Shown in pieces: positions 22,901 to 28,778 of a stretch of 28,778 nt of DNA; the first letter of the stretch is position 1; each line of letters begins with the position of its first letter. The stretch comes from Azolla caroliniana (Eukaryota; Plantae; Polypodiophyta): the NCBI GenBank assembly GCA_043228905.1, contig JBHGNT010000394.1:1-28778 (forward strand), given 5' to 3'. Under the pieces are notes generated by a model, which searched no databases, was not told the origin of the DNA, and saw nothing but the letters and a program-made list of their open reading frames with translations. The position numbers were made by a program, and so were the translations under genes.

Positions 22901-25900
22901 AATGTTGTTAAAGAGACATGGTCTCTGGAATTGGGGGGGTAATAATGATTTACCAATATTAAATCATTATTATTGCTCCTTCCAAATTTCTGTTCTTTGA
23001 AGATCTTGCAAAATGCTCTAGCACGGATATTGATTATTGGCATTGTCTATGATGACTGAAAGTTAACTGTTAAAGAGATCTAAGATATTATGGAAGGACA
23101 TGAATGTTGTGAAGAGATAAAAAAATTATCTGCAAAGACGAGAAGACTGATAATTGCTCAGGATCCTTTCATTGGTATTATTTTCTGCTTTGATACTTCC
23201 ACCAGCACTGTTTGGTTTTGAGATGTTGACTAGATAAAATCAAAAGTAGAAAAAACCCATGCAAGCCTAGACAATCGGTTATTGTAAAGTTGACTAGACA
23301 ACTAGTCTGAAAGTGTAGCCACAACAGCTACGAATTTAAATTATGCCGGTCAGAGTTTGATGGTCAACAAAAGTTTCTATAGGCTAACGTGATGGTGAAA
23401 GAATGAGAGAATTTTTATTTATCAGTCCATTAATACACTTCACTCTATTTACAGAAGTTGTGATTATCTCAGCTCCCAAATTCTACCAGGAGATTATTGT
23501 TTCATGAAGAGTCAATGCTACTTCAATTCATTACCATGATGTCAGGCCAGGCAGGCAATCCAATAACTTCACAGCTCACGTAAGCCAGATGTTTCCAAAA
23601 TGACCCTCTTTATATTTCGTATTTGAAACTCATATAAGAGCTACGAAATTATACGCAACAAATTCATTCAGAGAGAGAATGTGTACAATACCACTATGTC
23701 GACCCATCAACTTCACAAGACCTATGCCATTTTGTGCACTTTCTGCCTCAGTGTGAGCAGCATTTATGGCCCGTTGAGCCTCCTCAACTGCTGTGTCAAA
23801 TCCAAATGACCTATCAATAATCTGGAACAAGACAAAGAGTAAGTTCAAAAACCTGCTAACAGGAACAGGAATAAGTAGCATGTCTATAAGAAATTTGATA
23901 CATACTGCAATATCATTGTCAATTGTCTTCGGTATGCCTGTAACATTCACCTTCAAGCCTCGTTTTCGCACTTCCTATTTGGGATTCCTCAGCATATCCT
24001 CAGCATATCCTTACTTTAAATATCAGAATTTTTTAAATGATAATACAACACTACGAAGTTTCCATTTATACCTTGTAGATTGCAGCAGCCCCTTTTTGAG
24101 TTCCATCACCCCCAATGATATATACCTACCAAATAAATAATGAGACAATGCTAGCTATATTGCAACAAGGAATCAGAAGGAGAAATTATTAGAAAAGCAC
24201 CTGGTTGATTCCACGGTCCTCAATACTATCCACAATTTTCATAGTATCATGACCACCACGTGAAGTTCCAAGCACAGTTCCACCACGCTTATGGATATCG
24301 TTAACTGCTTTTGGGTCCAGACGTACAGTATTACGAGCATAGAATCCTCTATAACCACCCTGGGTATCGATCCAAAGATAGTAATAAACATTTAGAATCA
24401 AGAATATCTTACTATGGTCAAGTTTTTATAGATACCAGCCACCAGTAACACAGTATTTTACCATTTGTATCATCTTTTTATCCATTTTTTCTATCAATTG
24501 AGTAATAGATTTATTAGGATGAAGTTACGCCTCATTTTTGTACATGGTTGATATTTCGTTTAAAGGACCACAAAGAGATACACTGGGAACTTGCAAAGAA
24601 ATAGATGAGCACCTCAATGCCAATTATGTCTTGAACTCCATACTGATTCCACAACCCACATACTATCTCTCGAATAACCGTATTCAAGCCAGGGCAAAGG
24701 CCTCCACATGTGACAATGCAAGCTCGAACTTCATTAGATTTAAAGTAAACCTGCAGGAAAGATCAAATGATGCTCTTGTACAACTAAACAACATTTTACG
24801 TTTTCATCATACAGTCATAACATAATCTAATTAATCAGAACAAACATTTAGAATTTGGTGATTTTGTATAACTAACACATAAAATTAACATTTTCATACA
24901 ACCACATATGTTTTTGCACAACTAAAAGTACATTATTAACGGTTTTGAGGTGGAAAAATAGATAAGCAAGATAAATACCTTTGCTCTAGGACCCGCACGA
25001 CGAAAATATCGTTGTATTACTTCTCCTTGAACGCGAGGTGATGACACAACCTTTGAACATAACAAAAACATACTTCAATGTGCATATATAGCAAATAGCT
25101 GTATGCATGCACTGCAAACAATAGGTTTGACGCAAAATAATACTCACATTTTTAGCAACTACATCATCTGGGCCAACAAAATAGTACCTGTCATAAGGGC
25201 ATGTGAAATAATGACACCACGAAATGGAAACAAATATTGTTGATAATATAAGTCTCTTTACCTTCCAGAGTCAAAGACTGGATTGTAAGTGAGAGGACTA
25301 TTGTATGTCTGCAACAAGCATCAAACAATATATAATTATATGATGCAATTGACAAGGGATAAGTAAAATTAATAGAGCATTGTTTACTCTTTCCAATAGA
25401 TATTCTATGATGATGATTTACAAAACAATAATTTCACATATTACATAATACAGTTGGATTCTATTTACATCTTTTTCATTAGAAGAAAACAAATGCCACA
25501 TAATGCCTATACTTATGCAGGATGGTCGTTGTTACCAATATTCACCTGTTATATTATTTCAAGATAAATAATACACGACACAAAAGAACACTGTTATCTC
25601 ACCGGCTCACAACAAATATTTAGACAAAGACCATAAAATCCCATGAGACAACAAATGGTAAATATTGCTTGCGATGCATCCAGGGATATTAAGATGAGTT
25701 TGAGAAAGTTATACTATATGGAAAAGGATTCCCAGTTAATGGCAATGTCCACAAAAGAGATGAATTGCTTTTTTGTCAAATGCATTCTGCAACTGCAATT
25801 CCTTGTTTTTACAGAGTTGTCTCACAAAGTCCTTCAGGACTGTGGACGATACATCTTCTCATACTGAATGTTTTAAACTTTAAAAAACTTTCAACAAAGG

Positions 25901-28668
25901 TTTGAATTAGACCATTCCGAGAATCCTGAGAACCTTGAATAACAAAGTATATATAACAGTAAACAAAATTGTCATCTTCTTCACCCAAACAACACAAACT
26001 GATAAGACATGCATTTCCTAAATAGAGAAAATGAAGGAGAGAAATCGTAGAAATCATGCTAGAAAGACTGAAGAGGGTATTTTGGACATGAAAAAGAAAT
26101 TACAAACTCAAGATAAAAGCTAGGGCTAGCACTACGAAGATTAACATAACTTGAATGCTCTACATAAAGATATCTTTTCACTTATAACAATGCAAGGCGA
26201 TTGACAGACGGTTCACAAGAATCCTAATGTTCTATGACATGTTCACAATTCATAATTCTATCTATTTATCTGAACAATAATTTGCAATAGATTTTTCAAT
26301 AAACATTTAGCAGATGACAGATCCTCACATTTTGTGGCTCATTTGCAGAGATCTTTTTTAGAATCAAGCAAGACTACAAAGGACCACGATGGTTAGCAAC
26401 AGTTAAGCTAACTAAGGTCATAAAATAAGAAAGGATGAAACTTATTGAAATCTGATATGCTCATAGATATCAGGTAATCTGTAAAAATCAATATGTCAAT
26501 CAAATATGAGCTACATGAATGTTGCCGTTTGGCATAATCAATTAATGTAATGTTCCAGACTATAGATAATATCAAGATCTCTGGCAAAAGAGAGAAATGA
26601 TAGAAATCATGCTAGAAAAGTTGAAGAGGGTATGTTGGATAGGAAAAAATAACTTCTAAATCGAGATGAAAGCTATATCTAACAATATGAAGATTAACAT
26701 ACCTTAAATGTTCTACATAAGGATATCATTCCACTTATCAGAATGTGAGGTTGAGTAAGCAGGTTCACAAGAATCCTAAAGTTTCATGATGTGTTTGCAA
26801 TCCATAAATTTGTGTGTATTTGAACAATAATTTGTAATAAACTATTTGATAAACATCTAGTAGATGAGAGATCCTCGCATATTGTGGCTTGCTTAACTAT
26901 TGATCATTTTATGTTTTTGTTCATGGACATTGAAAGCTCATAGATCAATACTTTAGTGCATCCTACATAGATGTTGCAGAGATCTTTTCAGAATCAAGCA
27001 ATATATCATTCCAGACGACAATGGATTGTGATCATTAGTAATAGTTACGCTAACTAAGGTTATAAAATATAAAATAATGACACTTATTGAAATCTGATCT
27101 TGGAGTGATATGCAAAACTTGATATGTTGATCAAATATGAAACCAGCTGAACGTTGCCATTTGGCAGAATCAATCAATTTAATGTTCCAGACTAAGATAA
27201 AATGACAATAGCTGGCAACAGTTAAGCTACCTTGAGGTTATGAGAGGAAAAAAATGTATACTAATTGAAATCTGATGATGCATAGATCTAAGAATTCAGA
27301 AACAACTCAAATACCAAAATCATTTCAAATATTGCTCTTTTGCAAAATTCAAGTATTCTACTTAGTATGATGATATCATGGTCGCTAACAACAGTTATGC
27401 TAAGAAAAGGCTGTGAGAAAAAAGAATGATAATCATTGAGAAACTGATCTTCTTGTGCATAAATACTGCATGGATTTGTAAGATTCATAGATCAATAAAA
27501 AAACGTTAAACTTGTCAAATATTACTTATTTGCAGAATCAAGTAAGGTTTTGTCCAGATTACAATGATATCTTGGTCACTAGCAATAATTAAAATAAGTA
27601 TATGAGAAGAAAAAAGTATGGAAATTTGATCTTATCCTATAGATCTTTGCGTGTGAAAAACCTGTCAAATGGAGTGCTTTAAGAGCAATATGTTGCTCTC
27701 CAGACTAGCAAACCAAAGATTATAAGGAAAACGAATCATAACTTTTAAGAGGAAATTTGAGAAGCATAAAAAGTCACTCTTCAACAAGTTGAGCTAACCA
27801 AAGGTTATGCAAGAAAAAAGAATGATAATTCTTACATGAATTAGCCAAATTGGCAAACAAGGAAGCTGTCTTCATATCCAATATGATTATTACGCTAACG
27901 AGAAGTTATGAAGAAACCAAATAATAATTTTTATAAGCAATGTTCAGAATCAAGTCTGTCTTTTTACATATCTCATATGTAAACTAATGATATAATGAGG
28001 AAAAATATTGATTGATTCCTAGGGATAATTTCCATATCCACGTCTAATTAGAATAATATTACAAGAGAAGGATAAGCTAATGTATATAGCAGTAATCCAA
28101 CTTCAGTTCATTGCATACATAGCTAAACTAAGTTAATAATGAGCAAAAAAGAACAATAATTCATAGAAGAATCTGCTATTTCTGCATCCATAGCTAAACC
28201 AACACTGTAGTGAGAAGAAGAAGAAAGGGAAAAAAAAGGAAACTAGAATGAAATAACTCTTACAGGTAAATCAGGAAGCCAGTCTGTCAAGTGAGGGACA
28301 TCTTCGAGCAGCGCAGATCCATGTCTCACGATCTTCATGTCCACGGGGTCATATTCAGATTCAATAGAGGAAAATGCTGATGATGGTGATGGCGAAGAAG
28401 ATGAATTAGCCTGAACTTTGGTGGTTCCTCGAGCTTGAACAAATTCGTGTGGCTCTTTCGAATATAATTTGCCATACAACCAGTATATATTTCCAAAGCA
28501 ATTAGATTTACAGTAAGAAAGCGTCGATCTTTTTGGAATGCTTACTCCTCTTGTCGAATTATGGCTAGAGCTTCTCGCAGAGACGAAACGGTTGAAACTT
28601 GATGATGACGATGGAGGAGGAAGGGAAGATCTGTGGAGGTCGAAGAAAGTAAGGGTAGAGGTAGCCAT
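19671..28668 (-). CDS. PFK: ATP-dependent 6-phosphofructokinase (plant PFK group A) with predicted plastid transit peptide; 14 exons, 606 aa
   Basis: All 13 introns are GT-AG and phase-consistent. Exons: 28668-28264, 25308-25262, 25187-25148, 25050-24979, 24750-24613, 24359-24201, 24125-24072, 23974-23906, 23821-23692, 20812-20772, 20682-20461, 20360-20312, 20169-20015, 19910-19671 (1821 nt). Motifs [44 protein letters not shown] (ATP-type), [33 protein letters not shown]. Confidence 0.95.
20015..20169 (-). CDS. PFK: PFK exon 13
   Basis: [29 protein letters not shown]. Confidence 0.93.
20312..20360 (-). CDS. PFK: PFK exon 12
   Basis: [16 protein letters not shown]. Confidence 0.88.
20461..20682 (-). 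CDS. PFK: PFK exon 11
   Basis: [27 protein letters not shown]. Confidence 0.93.
20772..20812 (-). CDS. PFK: PFK exon 10
   Basis: [13 protein letters not shown]. Confidence 0.92.
22105..22405. repeat. Diverged ~140-bp tandem duplication in PFK intron 9
   Basis: aaagaatacaagtgaaaa(a)tatgcat near 22110 and 22248; cttcacctc..ctcatcatgaata in both copies. Confidence 0.75.
22725..23118. repeat. Two-copy tandem duplication, ~192-bp period, in PFK intron 9
   Basis: catggtctctggaWttgggggggtaataatgat at 22725 and 22917; shared ctgaaagttaactgYtaa..ggaaggacat. Confidence 0.88.
23692..23821 (-). CDS. PFK: PFK exon 9
   Basis: [25 protein letters not shown]. Confidence 0.93.
23906..23974 (-). CDS. PFK: PFK exon 8
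   Basis: [23 protein letters not shown]. Confidence 0.93.
24072..24125 (-). CDS. PFK: PFK exon 7
   Basis: [18 protein letters not shown]. Confidence 0.93.
24201..24359 (-). CDS. PFK: PFK exon 6
   Basis: [20 protein letters not shown]. Confidence 0.93.
24613..24750 (-). CDS. PFK: PFK exon 5
   Basis: [30 protein letters not shown]. Confidence 0.93.
24979..25050 (-). CDS. PFK: PFK exon 4
   Basis: [24 protein letters not shown]. Confidence 0.85.
25148..25187 (-). CDS. PFK: PFK exon 3
   Basis: [13 protein letters not shown]; AG/GT bounded. Confidence 0.87.
25262..25308 (-). CDS. PFK: PFK exon 2
   Basis: [15 protein letters not shown]; AG/GT bounded. Confidence 0.85.
26037..27225. repeat. Diverged ~553-bp tandem duplication in PFK intron 1, with further decayed sub-repeats out to ~28200
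   Basis: tagaaatcatgctagaaa at 26048 and 26601; shared ggttcacaagaatcctaa, tgaacaataatttg, cttattgaaatctgat, taatgttccagacta. Confidence 0.8.
28264..28668 (-). CDS. PFK: PFK exon 1 (transit peptide + [15 protein letters not shown])
   Basis: ATG at 28668; donor gtaaga; Ser-rich N-terminus. Confidence 0.88.
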
Positions 28669-28778
28669 GGAGATGAAACTTTCTCTGGAAGGAGAAGCAG
28701 ATCAAGAGACGGAAAATGTGCGATCTGAGGGGGAGGAAGAGAAAGAGACTTCTTCTGTTCGTCGCTGAGGGCTTGCGT

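Overview
Land-plant nuclear DNA: AT-rich, with GT-AG introns, SSRs and nested retroelements. A fern or other non-seed plant is a guess from TE style only. Three intact genes: (1) an intronless CYP86-clan (CYP94-like) cytochrome P450 (1911-4130, +) with a ~170-aa repeat-derived charged insertion between the J and K helices; (2) a two-exon P-class PPR gene (12418-16922, +), whose true start is a 23-nt first coding exon 2.7 kb upstream of the listed ORF; (3) a 14-exon ATP-dependent 6-phosphofructokinase with a plastid-type transit peptide (28668-19671, -). Between the P450 and the PPR gene is a 5'-truncated LINE (7417-11474, -) bounded by a 14-bp TSD. It contains a solo LTR with a perfect 5-bp TSD and an internal 28-bp array, a 121-bp tandem duplication, and a ~1.4-kb foreign segment that replaces the middle of ORF2. 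That segment carries a tRNA-like A/B-box, a TATA-like site and 5.6 tandem 105-bp units. On the minus strand each unit reads as a near-canonical type I hammerhead-ribozyme motif (non-canonical A at position 3). This candidate retrozyme/Penelope-like array is the most interesting signal and is unverified. Many short local tandem duplications lie in introns and intergenic DNA.
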